From contig CAVPIB010000004.1 in the NCBI GenBank assembly GCA_963704885.1, positions 384,001 to 448,000 on the forward strand: a DNA stretch of 64,000 nt, written 5' to 3'. How positions within the stretch are numbered: position 1 is the first letter of the stretch; every line of letters starts with the position of its first letter. This document shows positions 39,049 to 49,123 of this stretch, piece after piece. The stretch is from an uncultured Actinomycetes bacterium. GTDB lineage: Bacteria > Actinomycetota > UBA4738 > HRBIN12. Both the position numbers and the translations under genes were made by a program. The notes under the pieces are model-generated. The model saw nothing but the letters and a program-made list of their open reading frames with translations, had not been told where the DNA came from and did no database searches.

Positions 39049-39091
39049 GGATGCGGCATGATACGCGAACCCTGGAAGGAGACCGTGGAGC

Positions 39092-39565
39092 ATGAAGTTC
39101 CTAGAGCTGCGACGGCACGCGATCCGGGACCCCGATGTAGATCGTCTGTCGGCAACCGGCCGCGCCCAGGCGGAGGACGTGGGTCGGTCCGCCGTGGTGA
39201 CCTACGACGCCGTGTTCGTCTCCCCATCGCAGCGGACCGCGGAGACCGCCGCATGGTTCCTGCGAGGCGCTGGCCAGCAGCTGCCCGAGCACGCGGTGAT
39301 CCCAGGGCTCGCGGGTAAGGACGCGTCCGGCGGCTCCCCGGAGGGCATGGCCGCCGGTGTGCGGGCGCTGCTGGATCGCCTTTCCGATGACGAGCGCGGC
39401 CTGGCCATCAGCCACACGCCGCTCGTCGAGCGCGCGGCGTACGGGCTGACGGGTCGGGAGATCCTGCCACTCAGCGAGTGCGAAGGGATCCTGGTCACAC
39501 TGTTGGATGACGGAACCATCGACGTCATCGAGCTCCGTGCGGAAGCGGGCCTTCCGTCCACGTGA
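39092..39565 (+). CDS. Histidine phosphatase superfamily protein (SixA-like)
   Basis: RRHA, LSATGRAQA, SPSQRTAETA and ISH. Confidence 0.78.
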   Translation: MKFLELRRHAIRDPDVDRLSATGRAQAEDVGRSAVVTYDAVFVSPSQRTAETAAWFLRGAGQQLPEHAVIPGLAGKDASGGSPEGMAAGVRALLDRLSDDERGLAISHTPLVERAAYGLTGREILPLSECEGILVTLLDDGTIDVIELRAEAGLPST

Positions 39566-40200
39566 GCTGGGGTGAGCACATCGGCGCGGCGTTCGCCCTT
39601 GGGTTCGCGCTGGGCGCAGCACCCGGCCCCGTTCAGCTGCTCCTGCTCACCGAGACCGCGAAGCGTGGGCTATCGGGCGGCATAAGGGTGATGATCGGTG
39701 CGAACGGCACGCTGCTCGTGGTGATGTTGGCACTAGCGTTCGGATTCTCATCGATAGCGCCTAGCGAGGGCGTGCTACGGGGTCTCCGGCTGGTCGGAGG
39801 AGCGTTCCTGATCTACTTGGCGGCGGATGAGCTGCTGCACCTGCGTCGGGAATCCTCCGACGGCCGGACGCGTCCGCACGACGATGCTCTCGGGACGGGG
39901 CCGACCATGCGCGGCATCGTCGCCGTGGTCCTCAACCCAGGCGCGTGGATCTTCTTCGCCACGACCGCGTCCGCGGTGATCGCGGAGTCGACTGCGGACG
40001 GGGGTCGGGATGCGGCGGTGGCGGCCGCCGTCGCCATGACCGTAGGGGTGTCCCTGTCGGACTTCATGTTCACCCTTCTCGGGAGCGGGGGCAGGACCCT
40101 GTTCGGCGAACGCGGTCTCCGGTGGATCCGGGGCGGGCTCTCGCTCGGCCTGGCGGCGATCGGACTGGCCTTCGTCTGGCAGGGCGTCCGAGGTTACTAG
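39562..40200 (+). CDS. LysE family translocator
   Basis: APGPV, GGAFLIYLA and LNPGAW; about 6 TM helices. Confidence 0.88.
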   Translation: MSWGEHIGAAFALGFALGAAPGPVQLLLLTETAKRGLSGGIRVMIGANGTLLVVMLALAFGFSSIAPSEGVLRGLRLVGGAFLIYLAADELLHLRRESSDGRTRPHDDALGTGPTMRGIVAVVLNPGAWIFFATTASAVIAESTADGGRDAAVAAAVAMTVGVSLSDFMFTLLGSGGRTLFGERGLRWIRGGLSLGLAAIGLAFVWQGVRGY

Positions 40201-40215
40201 TCTGGGTCAGACTAC
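40191..40215. repeat. 25-bp semi-palindromic element, copy 2 (AGGTTAC-TAGTCTG-ggt-CAGACTA-C)
   Basis: 23/25 identical to 3674-3698; lies at the LysE/Eis convergent junction. Confidence 0.85.
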
Positions 40216-41432
40216 TAGAAGAGGAACGAACACCAAGGCGCGGGATCGGTCGTGAACAGCGCGTCGGCCAGCGCCAGCGCCCCCGGCGTTTGCTCCTGGA
40301 CGCGGCCCGCTCGATGCAGGCGCCGGAACCCAGTACCGCCCAGGTAGACGGCACCCAGATCGGTCGCGGTGCAGGCGATCTGGGTGCCCGCCCTAGTTCG
40401 CTCACACGAGGCTCCCTCGCGAGCGCTCGTGATCGCGTACCGGCCCTCGTTCCACGGACAGAACGGATCGGTGACCTCGATCACGACCGTACCGTCTCCG
40501 TTGTACCCACGTGCCGCTAAGGCCGTCGGCACGTCGACCAACCGCACGTACAGGCCGTCCTTCAGGCTGAACCGCAACCGTCGCGGCTCTTGCATCAGGT
40601 CGAGCAGCGGCTCGTCGACCGGACGGTTCCAGGCGTTCAACGAGTGCACCAGGTCGATGTCGAAGAGGTAGCGCCACATGTCCGCCCACCCCTGGGGGGT
40701 CGACCCGATCAGCTGACGTACCGTGACCTCGAGCTTGGCGATCGACTCTGGCCACTCGTGCTTCACCTTGTAGGTGGCGAAAGCGTCGACCGTTCCATCC
40801 TGCTCGTGGATCACGTACTTGACGGGATCGTCCTTGTCCTTGCCCGATTCGAAGAACAGCCACTCCCACCAGCGATCGTCCAATGCGATCATCCCGGGCC
40901 GGCGAGCCTGCTCCGCGTCGTAGACGCCGCGCATGAGCGGGAGCGCCTCGGTACGATCCAGCAGGCGCATGTTTCCCGTGCTCCGGTGGCCACGGACGAA
41001 CGCCGATCGCTCGACCTCCAGATTGACCTCGCCCATGAAGGCCGCCATCCCGTAGCCGTACCTCCCGTAGATGCCACCCTCGGATGCGAAGAGCGCGGCC
41101 AGCGGCTCGCCACGCTCGCGCACGTCGTCGAGTTGCCTCCGCATCAAGGCCGTGTTGATGCCGCGGCGTCTGTGCGTGGGCTGGACACCGACGGCGGTGA
41201 TACCGGCCGTCGCCACCTGTGCCCCTCCGGGGACCGTCATCCGGTACGAGGCAGCCGCGGCTCCACCAACGATCCTGCCGTCCTCCAACGCAGCCAACCA
41301 GCGGTCGGTCTCGGCGACGAGCCGCTCTTGTCGCAGGTCGTCGTCGGTGAGCCCTCCGCTGAACGCAGCCTCGAGGGAACGCAGAGCGGGCTCGAACTCC
41401 GCTTCGGCGATAGGCCTGATCTCGATGTCCAT
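40215..41432 (-). CDS. Eis-like GNAT acetyltransferase with SCP2-like C-terminus
   Basis: VGVQPTHRRRG, LFASEGGIYGRYGYG, DPFCPWN and LGAVYLGG. Confidence 0.88.
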   Translation of the reverse strand: MDIEIRPIAEAEFEPALRSLEAAFSGGLTDDDLRQERLVAETDRWLAALEDGRIVGGAAAASYRMTVPGGAQVATAGITAVGVQPTHRRRGINTALMRRQLDDVRERGEPLAALFASEGGIYGRYGYGMAAFMGEVNLEVERSAFVRGHRSTGNMRLLDRTEALPLMRGVYDAEQARRPGMIALDDRWWEWLFFESGKDKDDPVKYVIHEQDGTVDAFATYKVKHEWPESIAKLEVTVRQLIGSTPQGWADMWRYLFDIDLVHSLNAWNRPVDEPLLDLMQEPRRLRFSLKDGLYVRLVDVPTALAARGYNGDGTVVIEVTDPFCPWNEGRYAITSAREGASCERTRAGTQIACTATDLGAVYLGGTGFRRLHRAGRVQEQTPGALALADALFTTDPAPWCSFLF

Positions 41433-41461
41433 CAGCGGAGCCTACCGTGCGCGCGGAGCGG

Positions 41462-42160
41462 TCAGTCCAGTCCGTCGAAGACGTCGCGTAGGACGGGCTC
41501 ACCCGGCCGGGGCGGCGGCCGATCGATCACGCCGTGCTCACGCGAGAACATCAGCAGCTGCTCTTCCTCGGTCATGTCTTGGACCTCATCTGCCTGGGTC
41601 TTGTGCTCCTTGAGGGCCGCCACGACGCGGGCTGCCACTGCGCTTGTATCCACGACGAGGCCGATCGTCTCGTTGGGAACGCCGCGCGGGTGGTACCGCT
41701 GCGTTAGGTCGAACGGCTCCCTCCCCGACGACACGAGTTGCTCGTTCCAGGTGTCGAGCAGCGTCTGTGGGATCGCGACGCGGATCAACCGACGGAACCC
41801 GGAGGTGCCTTCATCGCGGAGCCGATGGAACGCCACGGCGGTGGCTTCCCCCACGGTGACGTGGTCGGGATGACCCGTGATGCCTCGCTCAGGCCGTGGT
41901 TGGGATACCGGAGCCATTCGTGCCGGTCGGGTTCACGTCCCAAGGTGATCCACGATCGCCGATCCTCCTCCTCGCGAACCTGTCCTAACGTCTCCCGGGT
42001 GGCGAGAGGCGGGATCGGCGATCGGACCGGCCTCCCCGCTGGTCGCATGGATGAGCGTGAAGTGGAATCTCGGGTCTTCGGCGTGCAGCGCGATCGTGCC
42101 TGCGACGCCGAACGTGTCGTCGTCTGGGTGAGCGACGACCGCCGCGAACCTCCGGCTCAC
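41462..42160 (-). pseudogene. PIG-L/LmbE family deacetylase, disrupted
   Basis: AHPDDD and TSGEAG in one frame, REEEDR...LRYP in a second and GITGHPDH in a third; frameshift near 42005 and an apparent internal deletion near 41884. Confidence 0.75.
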
Positions 42161-42909
42161 TCCTGACCCAACAAGGGGTCGAGGCCCAAAGTGAGGCCCG
42201 GCCGCGACGCGACAGCCTTCACCGCCATAAGCACGCCCGGCATGAACGAGGTCCAGTCGCTGGAGTCGTGGCGGATCCGAAGCGTCTGTCCCTGTCCTCC
42301 AAGGATGACCTCCTGGTGTGCGACCAATCCCGGGAGCCGAACGGAGTGCACATGGATGCCGTCCACGTCCGCACCCCGCGCGCCAGACACCCTCTCTTCT
42401 CCTCTCTCGGCCCGCCCCGCTCCACGCGCCGCAGCCATCCGCCGCGCGGTCGCCATGGCCGTCCCCGACGGAGCATCGGGTTTGTCTTCGTGGTGGAGCT
42501 CGATCACCTCGGCGTCCGGCATGTACCGAACGGCCTCAGCGGCGAAGCGCTGCATCAGAACCGCTCCGATCGCGAAGTTGGGGGCGATGAAGACGCCGAC
42601 GTCGCGCTGTGCCTCCCACGCTGGGTCGGGCTCGAACCCGGTCGTGCCGCTGACCACGTGGATCTCCTGTCCGATGCACCAGGCGATGTTCTGGGGGGCG
42701 ACCGACCCGCGGGTGAACTCGACCGCGACCTCGACGTCTGCAGCAACTAGCGCCTCCATGTCCGCCGACAGCTCGATCCCCTCGACCACCGACCCCGCGT
42801 GCGAGGGATCGACAGCTGCGGCCAGCTGTAGGTCGGGATCGGCCGCTATCGCCCGGCAAGTCTGCCGACCCATGCGCCCGGCGGCGCCGACGACGCCGAC
42901 CCGGATCAC
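42157..42909 (-). CDS. dapB: 4-hydroxy-tetrahydrodipicolinate reductase
   Basis: GAAGRMG, GTTG, APNFAIG and ELHHEDKPDAPSGTA. Confidence 0.96.
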   Translation of the reverse strand: MIRVGVVGAAGRMGRQTCRAIAADPDLQLAAAVDPSHAGSVVEGIELSADMEALVAADVEVAVEFTRGSVAPQNIAWCIGQEIHVVSGTTGFEPDPAWEAQRDVGVFIAPNFAIGAVLMQRFAAEAVRYMPDAEVIELHHEDKPDAPSGTAMATARRMAAARGAGRAERGEERVSGARGADVDGIHVHSVRLPGLVAHQEVILGGQGQTLRIRHDSSDWTSFMPGVLMAVKAVASRPGLTLGLDPLLGQE

Positions 42910-44180
42910 GCCATGGCCTCCTTGAAGGCCCCGCCCGGGAACGGCCCCAGCACCGTGAGGGTCATCGGTTGCGACAGTACCCTCTCGGCCACTCGCCGCG
43001 CATCCTGCAGCGTCACATGCTCGATCCGCGAGAGTGTCTGACCCACCGTCAAGATCTCGCCGTGCGCTATCTCGGACTTGCCCAGCCGAGACATCCGCCC
43101 CCCCGGATCTTCGAGCGACAGCACCAGCGATCCTTTCACGTGACCCTTCGCCCGCTCGAACTCCTCCTCGGTGAGTCCACCCCCGGCGACGTCCGCGAGC
43201 TCGCGACGAAGGAGCCCGATCACTTCCTCCGCACGAGCGGGTGTGGTCCCCGCGTAGGTGGAGAAGATCCCGGCCTCCGTGTATTGCGAGTGATAGCTGT
43301 AGACCGAATAGGCCAGGCCCCGACGTTCGCGCACCTCCTGGAAGAGGCGGGATGACATCCCTCCGCCGAGCGCCGTGTTGACCACCAGGAATGCGAACCG
43401 GTCGGGATCGGAGCGTGCCAGCCCGTCGGTGCCGAGACAGATGTGCGCCTGCTCCGTCTTACGACGCCGGACGAGGCGCGTCCCGGAAGCGCGCGGCGGG
43501 TGCCCGGCCGCGCGCAGGTTCCAGGTGGAGATGGCGCCGTCCGGCAGAGGCCGCCCCGCATCCATGCGATCGACGAGCATGGCGAGCAGCTCCTCGTGCC
43601 GCAGGTTCCCCGCCGCTGCCACCACGAAGTTCCCTGGGACGTAGTGACGCTTGTAGAACCGGTGGACGGATCCACGCGTGGCGGCACCGATCGTCGCGGT
43701 CGTCCCCAGCACCGGACGCCCCAGCGGATGATCCGGCCACAGCGCCTCCGTGAAGACGTCATGGACCAGATCCTCCGGGGAATCCTCGTGCATGTTGATC
43801 TCTTCCAAGATCACCTGCCGCTCTCCATCCAGGTCGGCCGCGCGGATCAGCGAGTCCTGCAGCATGTCCGCCAGGTGATCGACCGCAAGCTCGAGGTCCC
43901 GGTCGCGCACGCGGGCGTAGTAGCAGGTGTATTCCTTCGAGGTGAACGCGTTGACGTCGCCACCCACCGCGTCGAACGCCTCGGCTATGTCCTGGGCCGA
44001 TCGCGTGGGCGTTCCCTTGAACAGGAGATGCTCCAGGAAATGACTAGAGCCGCTGATCCGAGGCGCCTCATCACGTGAGCCGGCCAGGACCCAGATGCCC
44101 AGCGACGCCGAACGCACGCCGGACATCCGCTCCGTGACGACGCGAAGGCCCGACGTGTATTCGGTTCGGCGGATGGTCAT
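42906..44180 (-). CDS. M16 family zinc peptidase (PepR-like)
   Basis: HFLEHLLFKGT, NAFT and SSRLFQEVRE; pnp-pepR-dapB synteny. Confidence 0.92.
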   Translation of the reverse strand: MTIRRTEYTSGLRVVTERMSGVRSASLGIWVLAGSRDEAPRISGSSHFLEHLLFKGTPTRSAQDIAEAFDAVGGDVNAFTSKEYTCYYARVRDRDLELAVDHLADMLQDSLIRAADLDGERQVILEEINMHEDSPEDLVHDVFTEALWPDHPLGRPVLGTTATIGAATRGSVHRFYKRHYVPGNFVVAAAGNLRHEELLAMLVDRMDAGRPLPDGAISTWNLRAAGHPPRASGTRLVRRRKTEQAHICLGTDGLARSDPDRFAFLVVNTALGGGMSSRLFQEVRERRGLAYSVYSYHSQYTEAGIFSTYAGTTPARAEEVIGLLRRELADVAGGGLTEEEFERAKGHVKGSLVLSLEDPGGRMSRLGKSEIAHGEILTVGQTLSRIEHVTLQDARRVAERVLSQPMTLTVLGPFPGGAFKEAMA

Positions 44181-44189
44181 CCGTGTGTG

Positions 44190-46511
44190 CTACTCCGCCG
44201 GGGGCGTGTTGCTGCTCTCGCCACCCTGGTCGCGGAAGCGCTTCCCGCGCGGCCGGTCGCCGCGGTTCCCGCCGCTGCGGTCACCACCGCCGCCTCGGTC
44301 ACCGCGGTCCTCACGGGGACGGCGCTCGCCGCCGCCACCGGTGTTCTCCGCGCCTTCCGGCACTTCCCACTCGGGACCGATCGGCTTGAGGCTGATCTTG
44401 CCCTGGGGGTCGATATCCTCGACCAGCACCGTCAGCTTGTCGCCCTCCTTGACGGCCTCCTCGACGCTGGACAGGCGCTTGCCGCGCCCCAGTTTCGAGA
44501 TGTGGACCAGTCCATCACGGCCGGGGACCAGGTTGACGAACGCGCCGAAGGTCGTGGTCTTCACCACGATCCCTTCGTAGGTCTCGCCGACCAGGACCGG
44601 ACGGGGGTTCGCGATCTCGTCGATCATGCGCGCTGCCTCATCGGCACCCTCGCCACCCGTGACGGAGCCGATGAACACGGTGCCGTCATCCTGGATGTCG
44701 ATGTCGGCGCCGGTGAGCGCGATGATCTCGTTGATCCTCTTGCCCTTCGGCCCGATCACCTCACCGATCTTCTCCACCGGGATCTGGATGGAGATGATTC
44801 GCGGCGCCTTCGAGTTGACCTCATCTCGCGGAGCCGGGATCGCTTCCTCGATAACGTCGAGGATCTTCAGCCGGGCCTCGCGTGCCTGCTTCAGGGCACC
44901 GGCCAGTACCTCGCCTGGGAGGCCGGTGACCTTCATGTCCAGCTGGATGGCCGTGACGAACTCACGCGTCCCGGCGACCTTGAAGTCCATGTCCCCCAAG
45001 GCATCCTCGGCACCCAGGATATCCGTGAGGGTAACGAAGGTCCCCTCGTCGGCGATCATGCCCATGGCGATGCCGGCCACCGGCGCCTTGATCGGAACGC
45101 CAGCATCCATCAGCGAGAGCGTCGATCCGCAGACCGACGCCATCGAGGTTGACCCGTTGGACGAAAGGACATCGCTCACCAGCCGCAGCGCGTAGGGGAA
45201 CTCCTCCTCCGTAGGGATCACCGGGACGAGGGCCCGCTCGGCGAGCGCCCCGTGGCCGATCTCGCGGCGGCGCGGTGAGCCGACGCGGCCCGTCTCGCCC
45301 GTGGAGTACGGCGGGAAGTTGTAGTGGTGCATGTACCGCTTCCCGTCCTCGAGGTCGAGCGTGTCGATCATCTGCGTCATCCGCAACATCCCGAGCGTCG
45401 AGATGTTGAGAACCTGGGTGTCGCCGCGGCTGAAGAGCGCCGATCCGTGCGCGCGTTTGAGCACGCCGACCTCGGCCGAGAGCGGCCGGATATCGGTGGG
45501 CGTGCGGCCGTCCAGCCGGATCCCCTCGTCGATCACGCGCCTGCGCATGACCTTCTTCTGGACCTGCTTCCAGGCGGCGCCGAACTCGCCCGCGCGCGCG
45601 GCAGCATCGTCGCCGAGCACGGATGCAAGGTGCTGCTTGGTCTCGAACTTCAACGCGTCGAGCTTCTCCTCGCGCTCGGCCTTGTCGGGAACGATCGCCT
45701 CGGCGAGCCGATCCTTGGCGAACGCGCTGACCGCCTCGTAGACGTCATCGCCGTAGAGCGGGCGAGGCTCCCACGACTGCTCCGTGACGCCGACCGCATC
45801 GACAAGTTCCTGTTGGAAGTCGATCAGCTCAGCGATCACGACCTTGGCGGCCTCGAGCCCCTCGGCGACCGTCTCTTCCGTTGGCGCCGTAGCACCCGTG
45901 GCAAGCAAAGCCCACGTGTTGTCGGGAGCCTCGCCTTCGATCATGAGGATGTCGATCACGCCGGAGTCGTTCCGGCGCCCGGCCACGACGACGTCGAACG
46001 TCGCCTCCTCGATCTCCTGGAACGTAGGGTTGATCACCCACTGACCGTCGATCAGCCCCATGCGGACGGAGCCGACCGGACCATCGAACGGAAGTCCGGC
46101 CAGGCAGGTTGCCACCGATGCCGCGTTCATCGCCGGGATGTCGTACGGGTTCTCGCCGTCCATCCCCAGCACGGTGATGACGACCTGGACCTCATCGCGA
46201 TAGCCCTCGCGGAACGTGGGGCGCAGCGGACGGTCGATCAGCCGGCAGGTGAGGACCGCCGTCTCGGACGGCCTTCCTTCGCGCCGGAAGAAACTGCCGG
46301 GGATCTTCCCCACTGCGTACATCCGCTCTTCGACGTCGATCGTGAGCGGGAAGAAATCGATCCCCTCGCGGGGGTTAGAGCTGACGCAGGTGCCGAGCAC
46401 CTGGGTCTCGCCGTACGTGACCATGACTGCTCCGTCGGCGAGCCGGGCCATCTTGCCCGACTCGAACGTCAAGGTCTGGTTCCCGATCTTTCGGGAAAGG
46501 GTGGTGGCCAT
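44190..46511 (-). CDS. pnp: Polyribonucleotide nucleotidyltransferase
   Basis: GSFFRREG, RREIGHG, SNGSTSMAS and GDMDFK; KH and S1 domains. Confidence 0.97.
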   Translation of the reverse strand: MATTLSRKIGNQTLTFESGKMARLADGAVMVTYGETQVLGTCVSSNPREGIDFFPLTIDVEERMYAVGKIPGSFFRREGRPSETAVLTCRLIDRPLRPTFREGYRDEVQVVITVLGMDGENPYDIPAMNAASVATCLAGLPFDGPVGSVRMGLIDGQWVINPTFQEIEEATFDVVVAGRRNDSGVIDILMIEGEAPDNTWALLATGATAPTEETVAEGLEAAKVVIAELIDFQQELVDAVGVTEQSWEPRPLYGDDVYEAVSAFAKDRLAEAIVPDKAEREEKLDALKFETKQHLASVLGDDAAARAGEFGAAWKQVQKKVMRRRVIDEGIRLDGRTPTDIRPLSAEVGVLKRAHGSALFSRGDTQVLNISTLGMLRMTQMIDTLDLEDGKRYMHHYNFPPYSTGETGRVGSPRRREIGHGALAERALVPVIPTEEEFPYALRLVSDVLSSNGSTSMASVCGSTLSLMDAGVPIKAPVAGIAMGMIADEGTFVTLTDILGAEDALGDMDFKVAGTREFVTAIQLDMKVTGLPGEVLAGALKQAREARLKILDVIEEAIPAPRDEVNSKAPRIISIQIPVEKIGEVIGPKGKRINEIIALTGADIDIQDDGTVFIGSVTGGEGADEAARMIDEIANPRPVLVGETYEGIVVKTTTFGAFVNLVPGRDGLVHISKLGRGKRLSSVEEAVKEGDKLTVLVEDIDPQGKISLKPIGPEWEVPEGAENTGGGGERRPREDRGDRGGGGDRSGGNRGDRPRGKRFRDQGGESSNTPPAE

Positions 46512-46584
46512 GGGCCGTTTCCTCCTCATCTTTCGGCGGACCACGATGGTCCGCGGAACGGTTCGGTTCGGGAGGCGGCGGGCT

Positions 46585-46663
46585 GGCCAGTTGTCAGTGG
46601 TGGGCCTCCGCGCGCACGGCTCTTCTTCCGCGTGGCTCGGGGGCTCGCTACTGATAACCGACC
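46585..46663 (-). promoter_or_regulatory. Long stem-loop in the pnp leader (RNase III-type processing site)
   Basis: GGTCGGTTATCAGT...ACTGACAACTGGCC pairing on the minus strand, at the expected rpsO-pnp position. Confidence 0.65.
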
Positions 46664-46719
46664 GCAGGTTCCATCGCCTCCGGTGGATCAGTGGGTCGTT
46701 CGCATCACTCCCTCATGCT

Positions 46720-46744
46720 GAAGGCGCCCCCGAAGGGCGCCTTC
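46720..46744 (-). terminator. rpsO terminator-like hairpin
   Basis: GAAGGCGCCC-N5-GGGCGCCTTC just after the rpsO stop; no strong U-tract. Confidence 0.6.
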
Positions 46745-46747
46745 GGT

Positions 46748-47017
46748 CTATCGGCGGAGGCCGAGCTTGGCGATGATCTCGCGGTACCGCTCGATGTCTT
46801 CGCGCTTCAGGTAGTCCAAGAGCCGGCGTCGCTGGCCCACCATCTGCAGGAGGCCCCTCCGCGAGGCATGGTCCTGCTTGTGGGTCTTGAGGTGATCGGT
46901 AAGATCCGCGATCCGTCTGGTGAGGACCGCTATCTGCACCTCCGCGGAACCGGTGTCGCCCTGGGACCTGGCGTGCTCCCCGATGATCTGGGTCTTGTCG
47001 TCCTTGGTAAGTGACAT
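46748..47017 (-). CDS. rpsO: 30S ribosomal protein S15
   Basis: [21 protein letters not shown] and LGLRR. Confidence 0.97.
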   Translation of the reverse strand: MSLTKDDKTQIIGEHARSQGDTGSAEVQIAVLTRRIADLTDHLKTHKQDHASRRGLLQMVGQRRRLLDYLKREDIERYREIIAKLGLRR

Positions 47018-47055
47018 AGCTGGTCAAGGCTACCAAACGCCGCGTGGTGGGCGCG

Positions 47056-48126
47056 TCAGCGTAGCTCCGGGTGACCGGGCGCGGTGATGAAGGCCGGCAG
47101 AAGCCTGCCGATCACCCGGCCCTTGGGGGTCACCGTGACCTCGGCCACGGCCGTAGTCGACCCTTCTACCGAGAAGTTCGGCCACACGAAGTTGCCCAGG
47201 CTCCAGAAGATCGGACGCCCCTTGTAGACCGACATCGGCTGGAGCCGGTGCGAGTGGGCACCGAAGATCACGTCCGCTCCTGCGTCGACCAGCCGATGCC
47301 CTTCGGACACCTGGTAGTCGCGCGGCTGAGTGTCCAACTCCACGCCCCAATGGATGATGACGACGACGAGGTCTGCCACACGCTCAGCGGCCTTCACCGC
47401 CTTGATCATGAGCGAGAAATCGTGCCCGGCAGCGGTTCCCGGCTTGTTGGGGCCGGCGACCGCGTCGAGGGGATCGAGGACCTCGTCGAAGCCCAAGACG
47501 GCTATCGTCCAACCGCCCTCTTCGAACATGGCCGGCCTCAGAGCCTCCTCCTGGTCCTTGCCCGCTCCCACCGGGGAGATGCCGGCCCGCTCGAGGTTGC
47601 GACGACTGTCGACCACTCCCTGTGGCCCTCTGTCGTAGGCGTGATTGTTCGCCAGGCTCCCCACCTCTACGCCTGCGTTCCACATCGCTGGCAGCGCCGC
47701 GGGCGTCCCGTGGAAGCTGAACTCCTTGTCGAGCTGCTCGCCGTCATCCGTCACCGGGCACTCGATGTTCACGACCGTGAGATCGTCTCTGCGGAAAAGC
47801 CCGCCCAGGCCGGACCAGGCGTAGGCATATCCCTCGGAGGCATACGTGGCGATGTAGCCGGGATCCAAGCTCACATCTCCCGCGCCGTGGATGACGATCC
47901 TCTCCCGTTCGGCCGCCACGGCAGACGGCGTGGGAGCAACCGATGCCTCCGCGTCGAGCGTCGAGCTCGTCGAGGGCTGGAGGGTCGATCGATCGACCTC
48001 ATCGGACCCGGCGCCCGGCCAGGCCACGGCCACCGTGCCGACCACCGCGATAGCCAAGATCAGGGCCCAGAAGAACGGGAACCGGGCCTTGCCTGCGTGC
48101 CGGCCGCGCGACATCCGACGGGTCAT
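47056..48126 (-). CDS. CapA-family metallophosphoesterase (membrane-anchored)
   Basis: AGD, NIEC, LANNHAYD, HWG, GAHSH and SLGNF. Confidence 0.88.
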   Translation of the reverse strand: MTRRMSRGRHAGKARFPFFWALILAIAVVGTVAVAWPGAGSDEVDRSTLQPSTSSTLDAEASVAPTPSAVAAERERIVIHGAGDVSLDPGYIATYASEGYAYAWSGLGGLFRRDDLTVVNIECPVTDDGEQLDKEFSFHGTPAALPAMWNAGVEVGSLANNHAYDRGPQGVVDSRRNLERAGISPVGAGKDQEEALRPAMFEEGGWTIAVLGFDEVLDPLDAVAGPNKPGTAAGHDFSLMIKAVKAAERVADLVVVIIHWGVELDTQPRDYQVSEGHRLVDAGADVIFGAHSHRLQPMSVYKGRPIFWSLGNFVWPNFSVEGSTTAVAEVTVTPKGRVIGRLLPAFITAPGHPELR

Positions 48127-49064
48127 CCTCTCTCGGTCGGTGGCACCAGGGTCCGCGTGCGCTCGACGTCGTCGGCGATGGCGGCAACGAGCGCGTCGAC
48201 GGAGTCGTACTTAACCTCATCTCGCAGGCGCGCCCAGAACTCGACGGCCAGGTCGGCGCCATGGAGCGAATCCTCCTCGAAGTCCAGCAGGAAGGCCTCG
48301 ACGTGGAGCGGCTCGGTACCGAACGTGGGGTTGGTACCGACGTCTATCGCCGCGAGGTACCGATCGGCGCGATGCTCCGCGACGCCCGCGTATATCCCCT
48401 GACCGGGCAGGAGGAGGCGGGGCCACGTCCGAAGGTTCGCGGTTGGGTAACCGAGGCCTTTGCCGCGGCCGTGGCCAGGGATCACCTCGCCGTCGAGCAC
48501 GAAGCGCCTACCGAGGGCCTGGAGCGGCCAGTCGAGGTCGCCCGCAGCAAGCGCCTCCCGAACCGACGAGGACGAGACGGTGCGGCCGGCGAGATCGATC
48601 AGCGCCACGCCTTCCGCCGACAACCCGTAGGGCTCGCCCAGGGCCGGCAGGTTCTCGACCGTGCCGAGCGCCCGATGCCCGAAGGTGAAGTTGGCCCCCA
48701 TCACGGCGTGGACGGCATGTAGACCGCCGACCAGCACATCTCGGACGAACATCTCGGCGGTCACGTGCGAGAACTGGGATGTGAAGGGCAACACGACCAG
48801 GATGTCCAACCCTGTCGCTTCCACCAGAGACGCCTTGCGAGCGACGGTCGTCAGCAGCCGTGGCTCGCTCCCAGGTCTCAGAACCTCACGCGGATGCCGA
48901 TCGAACGTGACGGCGACCGATCGGACGCCGCGCTCGCGGGCTGCCTCCACCGTCCGGGCGAGCACGGCCCGATGTCCCAGGTGGACACCGTCGAAGAATC
49001 CAACGGTCACCACGCACGGGTCATCGTCGAGCGGCAGAGCCTGGAGCCCATCCTCGATCCGCAT
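48123..49064 (-). CDS. ribF: Bifunctional riboflavin kinase/FAD synthetase
   Basis: GFFDGVHLGH, NFTFG, SSSSVR, LGYPTAN and VEAF. Confidence 0.96.
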   Translation of the reverse strand: MRIEDGLQALPLDDDPCVVTVGFFDGVHLGHRAVLARTVEAARERGVRSVAVTFDRHPREVLRPGSEPRLLTTVARKASLVEATGLDILVVLPFTSQFSHVTAEMFVRDVLVGGLHAVHAVMGANFTFGHRALGTVENLPALGEPYGLSAEGVALIDLAGRTVSSSSVREALAAGDLDWPLQALGRRFVLDGEVIPGHGRGKGLGYPTANLRTWPRLLLPGQGIYAGVAEHRADRYLAAIDVGTNPTFGTEPLHVEAFLLDFEEDSLHGADLAVEFWARLRDEVKYDSVDALVAAIADDVERTRTLVPPTERG

Positions 49065-49123
49065 CCCCGGAGGGTATCGAAGCTCTGCTCCCTTCAGGCC
49101 CCGACCCGCTACGGTGCACCCCT

